A stretch of 64,000 bases of DNA from Myxococcota bacterium (GTDB taxonomy: Bacteria > Myxococcota_A > UBA9160 > UBA6930). Each line of letters begins with the position of its first letter. The first letter of the stretch is position 1. Below, one piece after another: positions 53,519 through 62,986 of the stretch. Under the pieces are notes generated by a model. The model was given only the letters and a program-made list of their open reading frames with translations, searched no databases and had not been told where the DNA came from. The position numbers were made by a program, and so were the translations under genes. The DNA lies in the NCBI GenBank assembly GCA_965223415.1, contig OZ245002.1:3744001-3808000 (forward strand), written 5' to 3'.

Positions 53519-54240
53519 GCGGCGATCCCTACCTCTCGGTTGTCGTGCCCGTGTACGACGAGGCCGACAACCTGGAGACGCTCCACGGCGAGCTCGACCA
53601 GGCCCTGGCGGAGATCCCTGGCGGTGTCGAATTCGTGTACGTGGACGACGGAAGCCGGGACGGGAGCCGGGAGGCGCTGCTCGGCCTGGCCAAGCGCGAC
53701 GCCCGCGTGCGGGTGCTCTGCATGGTCCGCAACGCCGGCCAGAGCGCCGCTCTCGATGCGGGCTTCCGGGCGGTGCGCGGTGAGATCACCGCCACCCTCG
53801 ACGCGGACCTCCAGAACGATCCCGCCGATCTGCCGCGGCTGCTGGCCGCCCTGGACGAGGCCGACGTCGTGAACGGCGTGCGCGCGACCCGGCGCGACAG
53901 CTGGGTGCGCAAGCTCTCGTCGCGCATCGGCAATGGCTTCCGCAACTGGATGACCGGCGAGTCGGTCACCGACGTCGGCTGCTCCCTCCGCGTCATGCGC
54001 ACCCGCTTCCTGCGCGGCGTCACGCTCCACCGGGGCATGCACCGCTTCCTGCCGACGTTGCTGCGCATGCAGGGCGCCCGCCTCATCGAGCTGCCGGTCA
54101 ACCACCGCCCGCGCCTCCACGGCCAGTCCAAGTACGGCATCGGCAACCGCCTCTTCGTCGGTCTCGCCGACGTCTTCGCCGTCCGCTGGATGCAGAGCCG
54201 ACACCTCCACTACGAGGTCGAGGAAACGGAACGGGAGTAA
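53515..54240 (+). CDS. GT2 polyprenol-phosphate glycosyltransferase (ArnC/DPM-like)
   Basis: VVPVYDE, DDGSRDG, DADLQNDP and HRFLP. Confidence 0.92.
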   Translation: MSGDPYLSVVVPVYDEADNLETLHGELDQALAEIPGGVEFVYVDDGSRDGSREALLGLAKRDARVRVLCMVRNAGQSAALDAGFRAVRGEITATLDADLQNDPADLPRLLAALDEADVVNGVRATRRDSWVRKLSSRIGNGFRNWMTGESVTDVGCSLRVMRTRFLRGVTLHRGMHRFLPTLLRMQGARLIELPVNHRPRLHGQSKYGIGNRLFVGLADVFAVRWMQSRHLHYEVEETERE

Positions 54241-54254
54241 CGCTCCCGTTGCGC

Positions 54255-54590
54255 TCAGCCGCCGGCGCGCTTGACGGTGTAGCTGCGGGCTTCGAGCTCG
54301 GCGACGAGAGTGTCGCGGTGGTCGCCCTGGATCTCGATGACACCGTCCTTCACGGCGCCGCCGGTGCCGCAGAGGCGCTTCAGGTCCTTGGCGAGGTCCT
54401 TCAGGTCGGGCCCGGCGAGGGGGATGCCGGAGACGGTCGTCACGGTCTTGCCGCCGCGGCCCCGGGTCTCCCGGCGCACGCGGACGACGCCGTCGCCGGC
54501 CACCGCCGCCGCCTCGTCCCGCGGGCGGCTGCGCGGAGAGCGCAGGTCGCCCTTCTCCGAGGACCAGACCGTGCGATCCCGGCGGCTCAC
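54255..54590 (-). CDS. yciH: SUI1/eIF1-like translation factor YciH
   Basis: GRGGKTVT, LKRLCGTGG and IEIQGDHR. Confidence 0.92.
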   Translation of the reverse strand: MSRRDRTVWSSEKGDLRSPRSRPRDEAAAVAGDGVVRVRRETRGRGGKTVTTVSGIPLAGPDLKDLAKDLKRLCGTGGAVKDGVIEIQGDHRDTLVAELEARSYTVKRAGG

Positions 54591-55603
54591 CCGCTCTCTC
54601 CTTCGCGGGCCTTGCGGGCGTAGCGCTCCAGCACGTGGGCCATCGTGTCCTCGGTCTGGATGCCGCCGAAGGGCCAGCCCCCCAGCATGAAGGTGGGGAC
54701 GCCGGTGACCTGGGCGTCCAGGGCCAGCAGGGTGAGCTCGTCGAGCTCGTCCATCGCGCGCTCCAGGGCGTCGGACTCGAAGGCCAGATCGAGCTCCGCG
54801 GCGAGGGCCACCACCTCCTCCACACCCGGCGCGTCCCGGCGCTCCTCGAAGAGCGCGGTCCAGATCCGCTCGCGCCAGGTCGTGTCGCGCCCGGCCCTTG
54901 CAGCGAGCAGCGCGCCGGCGCCGGCGGGGCGCGAGTCCATCCACACCGGCGGCGGCTCGACCGCCACGGCGAGGTCCGCCGCGATGCGCCGCGCGTTCGC
55001 GCGGCGAGCCTCCGGCATCTCTCGGCCCCGCGCGTAGCCGGTCATGCGGGAGAGATCGACCGGCGTCCACGCCAGCTCGACCCCCAGCTCCTCCAGGGTC
55101 GGCGCCATGCGGTCCATCACGCGGTGGGCTACGTAGCAGACCGTCGAGGCGAAGTCGTAGTGGACGGGAACCCGCAGCGGCGGGGCGGCCCCCAGCAGGC
55201 GCCCGTGGTCGACCATGAGGCAGCGGTCTTCGACGACTTCGACGCCCGCGTCCTCGAGCCGTCGGGCCGAGGCTTCGTGGCGGATGCCGAGCTGCATCCA
55301 CACCGCCCGCGGGCGCGGCTCGAGGGCCAGGATCTCGTCCACGTGGGCAGGCACGTGGGCCGGGGCGCGGAACAGGTTCACGAGGTCCGGGGCCTCCCGG
55401 AGCGCGCCGAGCGTCGGGACGCAGGGCTCCCCCAGCACCCGCTCGAGCTTCGGCGAAACCGGCAGGATGCGATAGCCGTGGCGCTGCATGTAGGCCGGCA
55501 CCCGATAGGCGTCGTCCCGGGCCCCGGCCTTGATGCCGACGACGGCGATGCTGTGCACGCCCTCGAGCAGCGCGCGGAGGCCGTCGTCCCGCTCCACCGG
55601 CAT
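54587..55603 (-). CDS. CoA-binding (YccU-like) domain fused to a DSBA-like thioredoxin domain
   Basis: IAVVG..YMQRHGY..WMQLGI..DRCLMV, then YDFASTVCY and GVPTF. Confidence 0.8.
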   Translation of the reverse strand: MPVERDDGLRALLEGVHSIAVVGIKAGARDDAYRVPAYMQRHGYRILPVSPKLERVLGEPCVPTLGALREAPDLVNLFRAPAHVPAHVDEILALEPRPRAVWMQLGIRHEASARRLEDAGVEVVEDRCLMVDHGRLLGAAPPLRVPVHYDFASTVCYVAHRVMDRMAPTLEELGVELAWTPVDLSRMTGYARGREMPEARRANARRIAADLAVAVEPPPVWMDSRPAGAGALLAARAGRDTTWRERIWTALFEERRDAPGVEEVVALAAELDLAFESDALERAMDELDELTLLALDAQVTGVPTFMLGGWPFGGIQTEDTMAHVLERYARKAREGESG

Positions 55604-55692
55604 GGCGCCGAGGGTAGACGCCAGATCGCGCCCGACGCCACGTACCCGCGCGGCATGGCGCCCCATGACCCCGCTGGTTACCGTCCGTCGCC

Positions 55693-57087
55693 ATGAAGTC
55701 GGCCGGGCGGGCGCACGGACGGGTGAGGCGCCTCGCCCTGGGGATCGCGACGCTCCTCCTCGCGTGGGCCTCGGTCGCCGAGCCGCTCTTCGAGGATCCG
55801 GCCGATCGCCTCCAGAGCACGGTGCTGCCCAACGGGCTGACCGTCCTCACCCTGGAAGATCCGAGCACGCCGGTCGTGTCGTTCCAGATCTGGGTGGACG
55901 TGGGCTCCGGCGACGAGGCCCGCTGGACCGGCCTCGCCCACCTGTTCGAGCACATGATGTTCCGCGGCTCCGAGCACCTGCCGCCGGAGGCCCACCAGAC
56001 GATCCTCGAGCGGCGCGGCGCGCGGCTCAACGCATTCACGTCCCGGGACGTCACGGTCTACTTCGCCGACGTCACCCGGGAGAACCTGCCGCTGGTGATC
56101 GAGCTCGAGGCCGAGCGCCTGCGCTTCCTCGACGTGAGCGAGGCCAGTCTGGCCAGCGAGCGCGAGGTGGTGATCGAGGAGCGCCGCTTCCGCACCGAGA
56201 GCAACCCGGAAGGCAAGCTGTTCGAGCAGCTGATGGCGACGGCCTTCCAGGCCCATCCCTACCGCGTGCCGACCATCGGCTGGAAGAGCGACCTCGAGAA
56301 GATGGGCGTCGCCGAGTGCCGCGCCTTCTTCGACGACTACTATGCGGCGAACAACCTCGTCGTCGTCGTGGTCGGTGACTTCGACGCGGCGGAGACCCTC
56401 GCCCGCATCGAGGAGCACCTGGGCCCGCTGCGTTCCCGCCCGGACGTGCCGCGAAACCCCACCGAGGAGCCGGAGCAGAAGGGGGAGCGCCGGGCCACGG
56501 TCCACTTCGACGTGCGCGCGCCGACCCTCGCGATGGCCTGGCACGGGCCGCCCACCGGCCACCCGGACGCCGAGCCCCTCGACGTGATGAGCACCATCCT
56601 CTCGAGCGGGCGCACCAGTCGCCTCTACCGGCGCATGGTCCACGAGGAGCCCGTCGCTCTCGGCGCGAGTGCGAGCTACTGGGAGCTCGAGCGGGCCGGC
56701 GTCGTGTACGGCTTCGTGAACCTCCGCCCCGGGGTGGAGATCGCCCGGGCCGAGGCCGTCTTCCTGGAGGAGCTCGCGGCGATGCGCAGCGCGCCGCCCA
56801 GCGAGGCGGAGCTGGACAAGGCCAAGCGCACCCTGGAGGTCGGACTGATCGGCGGCCTCGGGACGAGTCACGCCCTGGCCATGCGCCTCGGCCGGGACTG
56901 GCTGGCCTTCGGCCGCGTTCGCCCGCTGCAGGAGCGGCTCGACGCCATCCACCGCGTGACCGCCGCCGACGTGCAGCGGGTCGCCCGCGCCTACCTCCGT
57001 CCGGACAAGCGCACGGTGGTCCAGCTCGTGGCCCCGCCCGAGGAAGCCCGGGAAGCGTCCGCGTCCGCAGCCGGGGAGGGCTCGTGA
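55693..57087 (+). CDS. M16 zinc peptidase, catalytic subunit
   Basis: GLAHLFEHMMF (HxxEH) and NAFTS. Confidence 0.93.
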   Translation: MKSAGRAHGRVRRLALGIATLLLAWASVAEPLFEDPADRLQSTVLPNGLTVLTLEDPSTPVVSFQIWVDVGSGDEARWTGLAHLFEHMMFRGSEHLPPEAHQTILERRGARLNAFTSRDVTVYFADVTRENLPLVIELEAERLRFLDVSEASLASEREVVIEERRFRTESNPEGKLFEQLMATAFQAHPYRVPTIGWKSDLEKMGVAECRAFFDDYYAANNLVVVVVGDFDAAETLARIEEHLGPLRSRPDVPRNPTEEPEQKGERRATVHFDVRAPTLAMAWHGPPTGHPDAEPLDVMSTILSSGRTSRLYRRMVHEEPVALGASASYWELERAGVVYGFVNLRPGVEIARAEAVFLEELAAMRSAPPSEAELDKAKRTLEVGLIGGLGTSHALAMRLGRDWLAFGRVRPLQERLDAIHRVTAADVQRVARAYLRPDKRTVVQLVAPPEEAREASASAAGEGS

Positions 57088-58517
57088 GTCGCGCCCTCGC
57101 CCTGGTGCTGGTCGTCTCCGCCGGCTTCGCGCTCGGCTGCAGCGCGACCCTTGGGCTCGCTCCCCGCGCGCCCCACGCCTGGGAGCTGCCGCCGCCGCTG
57201 GCGCCGGATCGTCCGGTGACCGACGCCTCTCGCCTGCACCGGCGGACCCTCGCCAACGGTCTCACCGTCCTGATCCTCGAGGACCGCCGGCTGCCGCGCC
57301 TGGACATGGGCGTCACCGTGCGCCGGGGCGCTGCGATCGTGGCCCTGGAGCAGGCGGGTCTCGCGGCCTTCACCGCCGAGCTGATGGGACGGGGCGCCGG
57401 CGAGCGCAGCGCCCTCGAGCTGGCGGAGGTGGTCGATGCCCTCGGCGCCGAGCTGGCCGTGTCGGCCAGCTGGGACGCCATGAGCGCCGGCGTCGGCGGC
57501 CTGAGCCGCGACCGGGACGCGCTCTTCGACGTGCTGGCCGACGTCGTCCTGCGCCCCCGTTTCGACGCCGACGAAGTCGAGCGGGTGCGGGCGGAGCAGC
57601 TCGCCGCCCTCGAGAAGGCCCGGGAGAACCCGGAGACCCTGGCCGCCTGGAGCTTCGCCCTCGCCCTGAACCGGGGGCATCCCTATCAGTGGCCGACTTC
57701 CGGGCGCCCGGACACGGTGGCGGCGCTGGATGCCGAGGACGCGCGGGCCTTCCACCGCCGGGTCTTCGTGCCGGGGAACGCCGTCTTTTTCGCCGTCGGC
57801 GATCTCGACCCCGATGTCCTCGCCGCGCGGGTCGAAGAGGCCTACGGCGGCTGGCGCGCAGGGCCGGTCCCCGAGCTCGGCCCCGAGCCCCCCGAGCGTT
57901 CCGGCCGCGAGGTCGTCGTGGTCGATCGCCCCGATCTCGGCCAGGCCCAAATCCTGATCGGGCATCCGGGCACCACCCGCACCGAGCCGCGGCGCATCCC
58001 GATCCAGGTGATGAACACCGTGCTCGGCAGTGCCGGCTTCTCCTCCCGCCTGATGTCGAAGATCCGGGCGGAGGAGGGGCTCACCTACGGCATCTACAGC
58101 CAGTTCGCCGGTCGCCGCCGGACGGGGCCCTTCGCGGTCAGCACCTTCACGCGGGTGCCCGAGGTGGGCCGGGTCGTCGAGCTCACCCTCGCCGAGCTGG
58201 AGCGCATTCGCGGCGAGCCGCCCAGCGGCGAGGAGCTGGCCGCCGCCAAGACCCTCCTGGCCGGCCGCTTCGCCCTCGGCCTCGAGACCTCGACGGCCGT
58301 GCTCTCCGGTCTGGTGGACCTCGACGTGCACGAGCTCCCGGCCGATTCCCTCGACACCTATCGCGGCCGCATCCGGGCCGTCAGCGCCGAGGAGACCGCG
58401 GCCGCGGCCCGCGACTTCGTGCGGCCCCAGGACGCGCTGATCGTCGCGGTCGGTCCGGCCGAGACCTTGGTCCCCCAGCTCGAGCCCTTCGGGCCGGTCC
58501 GCGTCGTCCAGCCCTAG
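57084..58517 (+). CDS. M16 peptidase, non-catalytic subunit (lipoprotein)
   Basis: ALGC lipobox; no HxxEH; SSRL..IR..GLTY. Confidence 0.9.
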   Translation: MSRALALVLVVSAGFALGCSATLGLAPRAPHAWELPPPLAPDRPVTDASRLHRRTLANGLTVLILEDRRLPRLDMGVTVRRGAAIVALEQAGLAAFTAELMGRGAGERSALELAEVVDALGAELAVSASWDAMSAGVGGLSRDRDALFDVLADVVLRPRFDADEVERVRAEQLAALEKARENPETLAAWSFALALNRGHPYQWPTSGRPDTVAALDAEDARAFHRRVFVPGNAVFFAVGDLDPDVLAARVEEAYGGWRAGPVPELGPEPPERSGREVVVVDRPDLGQAQILIGHPGTTRTEPRRIPIQVMNTVLGSAGFSSRLMSKIRAEEGLTYGIYSQFAGRRRTGPFAVSTFTRVPEVGRVVELTLAELERIRGEPPSGEELAAAKTLLAGRFALGLETSTAVLSGLVDLDVHELPADSLDTYRGRIRAVSAEETAAAARDFVRPQDALIVAVGPAETLVPQLEPFGPVRVVQP

Positions 58518-58563
58518 GCGGGCCCTGCTCCCTTCCCTCCCTCCGCGATCGGCGAGATTCCCC

Positions 58564-58616
58564 TTGCCGCCCGACCGGTCGGTCGGGTAGGGTCAAGCGG
58601 CCCGACCGATCGGTCG
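58564..58616 (+). promoter_or_regulatory. Promoter with two CGACCG-NN-CGGTCG TetR operators
   Basis: TTGCCG-N18-TAGGGT; the spacer is CCCGACCG-GT-CGGTCGGG; a second perfect palindrome CGACCGATCGGTCG lies at 58603-58616. Confidence 0.7.
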
Positions 58617-58649
58617 AAGGGGAAGGCCCCCGCACCGAGCCGCCAGAGG

Positions 58650-59333
58650 TTGGCCTCTTTGAACGAGCCCCAGCCCTTCCACCCGAGCTCTCGCGACAAG
58701 ATCGTCGAAGTGGCCGAGGGCCGCTTCGCGAAGCGCGGCTACGCCGGCGTGGGGCTGCGGGAGGTCGCCGAGGCGGCCGGACTCTCCAAGTCCTCCCTCT
58801 TCCACCACTTCCCCAGCAAGGCGGCCCTGTACTGCAGCGTGCTCGACGGCGTGCTGCGGCGGCTCGAGGCGCGGATCGTCCCGGCCATGGCCGGCGAAGG
58901 CGCTCCGCTGGCGCGTCTGGAGGCCGGCCTCGACGAACTGATCTCCGCGCTGGCGGAGCAGGCGACGACGGCGCGGCTGCTTCTCCGCGCGCTCTTCGAG
59001 GACGACGACCTGCCCGACGAAGGCCTGCCCGAGGCCGACGCCATGAACGCGACGATGGTCCGCGTGATCGGCGCGCTCCATGCCGTGATCGAGGCGGGGG
59101 TCGCCGACGGCAGCTTCCGCGCCGTCTCGGTGCCCCACACCCTGCAGACGCTGATCGGCGCCACGATCTACCACTTTGCGTCCGGTGAGTTCGGCGACGA
59201 GCTGCTCGGCCGTCCGCTGTTCTCCGGCGAGGCGGTCGCCGCCCGCCGGCAAGAGGTCAAGGCCTTCGTTCGATCCGGGCTGGTCGCCCCGGTCGACGCC
59301 AGCGACTCCGCGCCCAAGGAGAGGAACCCGTGA
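58650..59333 (+). CDS. TetR/AcrR transcriptional regulator
   Basis: VAEAAGLSKSSLFHHFPSK HTH. Confidence 0.92.
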   Translation: MASLNEPQPFHPSSRDKIVEVAEGRFAKRGYAGVGLREVAEAAGLSKSSLFHHFPSKAALYCSVLDGVLRRLEARIVPAMAGEGAPLARLEAGLDELISALAEQATTARLLLRALFEDDDLPDEGLPEADAMNATMVRVIGALHAVIEAGVADGSFRAVSVPHTLQTLIGATIYHFASGEFGDELLGRPLFSGEAVAARRQEVKAFVRSGLVAPVDASDSAPKERNP

Positions 59334-60400
59334 AGAAGCTGATGGAAGAGCACCGTAAGAAGTTCGGCGAGTTCGAGGTGATCGAATGGGTCGACGAGGC
59401 GGAGATCCAGGCGATCCGCGACAGGGTCGACATCGACGTGCCCCTCGACGTGAACTGGACCTGGGAGTACGGCAGCGAGGTCGCCGAGCTGCGCAGCCTG
59501 TACGAGAAGGGCAAGGTGAACCAGTGGAACGCGGAGCTCGACCTCGACTGGGACATCCCGGTCTCGAAGGACGAGTGGGTGCTGAAGCCCGAGGCCTCGC
59601 TGATGGCGCAGGCCTGCAAGCTGATGGGCCAGGACGAGGCCACCCAGAAGGCCGCCGCCTGGGACGAGCTGGCCTTCACCCTCTCCCAGCTGCTGCACGG
59701 CGAGCAGGCGGCGCTGCAGCTCTGCGGCCAGCTCACCAACGTCTGCCCGACCATGGACCAGAAGTGGTACGCGTCGAGCCAGGTGATCGACGAGGCCCGC
59801 CACGTCGAGGTGATTTCGAAGTTCCTGCAGCGCAAGATGGGGACGATCTACCCGGTCGGCGCCACCCTGAAGCTGTTGCTCGACGAGCTGCTCGAGGCCC
59901 AGGGCGTGCAGAAGAAGACCCTCGGCATGCAGACGCTCTTCGAGGGCACCGCGGTCGGCATCATGGACATGATGCGCACCGAGAGCCTGAACCCGCTCTT
60001 TACCGAGATGATCAAGCGGGTCGAGCAGGACGAGAGTCGCCACGCCGCCTTCGGCGTCCTCACCATGCGGCGCGTGGTGAAGGAGGCGACCGACGAGGAG
60101 ATGGCCGAGATGGAGGATTGGGCCTTCCAGATCCTCGAGGCCCTGAACGCGAACCAGCAGCTCGACATGCTGCGAGTGCTCGGCCCGAAGTACGACATCG
60201 ACGGCGAGAACGTCGTGAAGCTGATGATGGGCCTCCCGAACTACGCGGAGCTCAACAGCCTGGCCTTCATGCACACGGTCGTGCCGAACCTCCAGCGCCT
60301 CGGCCTGATCACCGAACGCACCGAGGACGGCTGGCGGCAGGCCGCGATGCTGGTCGAGCAGCGGGGCGCCGCGAAGGGGGAGCTGCCCCTGGTCGGCTAG
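59330..60400 (+). CDS. Ferritin-like di-iron carboxylate protein (paralog of 27150)
   Basis: HGEQAAL, DEARH, FEG and DESRH. Confidence 0.85.
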   Translation: MKKLMEEHRKKFGEFEVIEWVDEAEIQAIRDRVDIDVPLDVNWTWEYGSEVAELRSLYEKGKVNQWNAELDLDWDIPVSKDEWVLKPEASLMAQACKLMGQDEATQKAAAWDELAFTLSQLLHGEQAALQLCGQLTNVCPTMDQKWYASSQVIDEARHVEVISKFLQRKMGTIYPVGATLKLLLDELLEAQGVQKKTLGMQTLFEGTAVGIMDMMRTESLNPLFTEMIKRVEQDESRHAAFGVLTMRRVVKEATDEEMAEMEDWAFQILEALNANQQLDMLRVLGPKYDIDGENVVKLMMGLPNYAELNSLAFMHTVVPNLQRLGLITERTEDGWRQAAMLVEQRGAAKGELPLVG

Positions 60401-60407
60401 GAGGCCC

Positions 60408-61094
60408 ATGATCGGGTTCGGCGAGGAGCTGTGGCTCGAGGACGGTCCCACCGTCCCGTTCCTGCGGGTCCCGTACCCGACGCGCATGGCGGTGGCCCGC
60501 CTGGCGGACGGTGGGCTCTGGGTGTGGTCGCCGATCGCGCTCACGCCGGAGCTCGAGAAGGCGATCGAGGCGTTCGGCCCGGTGCGGCACCTCGTCTCGC
60601 CCAACAAGATCCATCACCTCTTCCTGGGCGAGTGGCAGGAGCGCTGGCCCGAGGCGCGGTTGTGGGCGTCGCCCGGCCTCGCCGCCAAGCGCAGCGACCT
60701 GCGCTTCGACGGCGAGCTCGGGGACGAGGCGCCGGAGAGCTGGGCGGAAGAGATCGATCAGGTGGTGGTGCGGGGCAGCCTCGCCATGGAGGAGGTGCTC
60801 TTTCACCACCGGCGCTCGCGGGCGGCCCTCGTCTGCGACCTGATCCAGCGCCACCCGCCGGGAGGCTTCTCCCGCCCGACCCGCTGGCTGATGGCCCTCG
60901 ACGGGCTCCTGGGAGAGCACGGCTCCACCCCCCGGGAGTGGCGGGCGAGCTTCTTGCGCCGGGGGCGGGCACGAGAGGCGGTGCGCACCGCTCTCGCCTG
61001 GGAGCCCGAGCGCCTGGTGATCGCCCACGGCACCTGTGCCGAGCGGGGTGCCAGCGCCGTGATGCGGCGCTCGCTCGGCTGGCTCAAGCCCTAG
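60408..61094 (+). CDS. DUF4336 (metallo-beta-lactamase-like) protein
   Basis: TRMAVARL, WSPI, SPNKIHH and IAHG. Confidence 0.85.
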   Translation: MIGFGEELWLEDGPTVPFLRVPYPTRMAVARLADGGLWVWSPIALTPELEKAIEAFGPVRHLVSPNKIHHLFLGEWQERWPEARLWASPGLAAKRSDLRFDGELGDEAPESWAEEIDQVVVRGSLAMEEVLFHHRRSRAALVCDLIQRHPPGGFSRPTRWLMALDGLLGEHGSTPREWRASFLRRGRAREAVRTALAWEPERLVIAHGTCAERGASAVMRRSLGWLKP

Positions 61095-61115
61095 GGGGGC
61101 GCGTCCAGGAGCGGC

Positions 61116-62861
61116 TCACGTCCACCGCTCTCCCGCGATCGCGTTCGCCGCGATCTTCTGGAGCGCCTTCGCCTGGTAGGGCTTCGGCAGCCAGGAGAAG
61201 CCCGGCATGGCCAGATCGATACCCGCGAAGCCCTGGGCGTCCCCGGTCGACAGGATCACGGGCAGCCCCGGCCAGCGCTTCGCGATCTCGGCGAGCACGG
61301 CTTCGCCGCCGAGCTCGGGCATCGTCGCGTCGAGGAGGACAAGCCGGAGCTCCGGATGCGCCTCGACCGCGAGCAGCGCCTCGTGGCCGTTGCGCGCCTC
61401 GAGGACCTCGAGCCCGAGCTCGCGGAGCGCCCGACCGGCGAAGCGTCTCACGGCCTCGACGTCGTCCACCACGAGAGCGCGCCCGGTGGCCTCTCCGATC
61501 GACTCCACCTCGGCGGACGGGCCCACCGCCTGGGGCGGCAGCTCGACCCGTGGCAGCACGACCCGCATCGTCGTCCCCTGGCCCGGCTCGCTCTCGACCT
61601 GCACCTCGCCGCCGTGAGATCGCACGATGCCCTGCAGCGCAGACAGCCCGAGGCCCCGGCCCGTCGGCTTCGTCGTGAAGAAGGGATCGAAGATGCGGCG
61701 CCGAACGGTCTCCTCCATTCCGCACCCGTCGTCGATCACCTCGAGCACGACACGGTCGCCGTGGGCGTGGGTCCGGACGATCACGGTCCCCGCGCCCGAG
61801 ATGGCCGCGCAGGAATTGCTGACCAGGTTCAACACCACCTGCCGGATCTGCCCCGCGTCGGCGACGACGGTCGTACGCTCGCGGGTGAGCTCGAAGCGGA
61901 GATCGATATTCGGGGCCGTCGCCGCGTGAGCCAGCGACTCGACGTGACGCACGATGTCCGAGAGCCCGAACGGGCCCGGGACCGAGCGGCTGCGTCCGGC
62001 GAAGGCCAGGAGCTGATCGGTCAGGCCCGCGGCCTGCTCGGCCGCGAGCACGATCTCCCCCGCCATCCGCCCGGTCTCTTCCCTCGGGCCGGTCACGATC
62101 AGGCTCGCGTTCCCGAGGATGGTCGTCAGCAGGTTGTTGAAATCGTGGGCGACGCCGCCCGCCATCAGGCCCAGGCTTTCGAGCTTCTGGCTCTCGAGCA
62201 TCGCCGCCTCGAGGTGGCGACGCTCGCGCTCGGCCTCCTCGGACGCCCGGCGCGCCTCGGCCAGATCGTCGAGCGCCCGCCGCTTGACCCATTCCGAGAG
62301 CAGGATCACCGCCGAGATGCCGAGAGTCAGAGAGATGACGCCCGGGTACTTCGAGAGCGCGACCTTCTCCGGGGCGAGCTGGACCGGGAACTCAAAGCCC
62401 GTGGCGCGCAGCGCCCCGAGCGCGGCCGCGAAGGTGCAGACGATGGCCATCCAGACCGCGCCCGATCGCCAACCCGACAGCAGGATCGCGATCCCCGGCA
62501 CGATGGTGACCGTGTGCAGGGCGCTGTTCGCCTCGCCTCCCGTCGAGCCGGCGACCCCGGCCACGAAGAGCAGGAGAACCGTCAGGAGTCCGTTGCTGAC
62601 GAGGTGTATCGATGCGCCTCGCGAGAACATCCGGGCGAGCAGTGCCGAGAAGAGCGCCGCGAACACGTTGCCCGCGGCCACGACCGGGAGGCCCTGGATC
62701 AGCATGGCGATCGACGTGGCCGCGTGGATGGCGGTGCTCACCACACACGCGATCGCGACGGTCCGCGCCTGGCTCAGCCGGTCCGGCTCGGCGTCGCGAA
62801 GCGCCGCCGGGACGAAGCCGTCGATGAACTCGATTCCACGCCGGGTCGACCGTGAGGCCAA
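61116..62861 (-). CDS. Membrane-bound hybrid sensor histidine kinase/receiver
   Basis: TM helices; GVAHDFNN, DDGCGM, FFTTK and GLGL; C-terminal receiver domain. Confidence 0.93.
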   Translation of the reverse strand: MASRSTRRGIEFIDGFVPAALRDAEPDRLSQARTVAIACVVSTAIHAATSIAMLIQGLPVVAAGNVFAALFSALLARMFSRGASIHLVSNGLLTVLLLFVAGVAGSTGGEANSALHTVTIVPGIAILLSGWRSGAVWMAIVCTFAAALGALRATGFEFPVQLAPEKVALSKYPGVISLTLGISAVILLSEWVKRRALDDLAEARRASEEAERERRHLEAAMLESQKLESLGLMAGGVAHDFNNLLTTILGNASLIVTGPREETGRMAGEIVLAAEQAAGLTDQLLAFAGRSRSVPGPFGLSDIVRHVESLAHAATAPNIDLRFELTRERTTVVADAGQIRQVVLNLVSNSCAAISGAGTVIVRTHAHGDRVVLEVIDDGCGMEETVRRRIFDPFFTTKPTGRGLGLSALQGIVRSHGGEVQVESEPGQGTTMRVVLPRVELPPQAVGPSAEVESIGEATGRALVVDDVEAVRRFAGRALRELGLEVLEARNGHEALLAVEAHPELRLVLLDATMPELGGEAVLAEIAKRWPGLPVILSTGDAQGFAGIDLAMPGFSWLPKPYQAKALQKIAANAIAGERWT

Positions 62862-62986
62862 GCAGGCTCCCTCCTGAGCGGTGGCTCCATGCTACCGCGG
62901 CAGCTGTTCGCGCGGTGGCTGGGGGGCCTTCCGGCTCCTCGCACGAGAGGGACCACGTCGCATGGCTCGCGCGGGATCGTCCCGGC

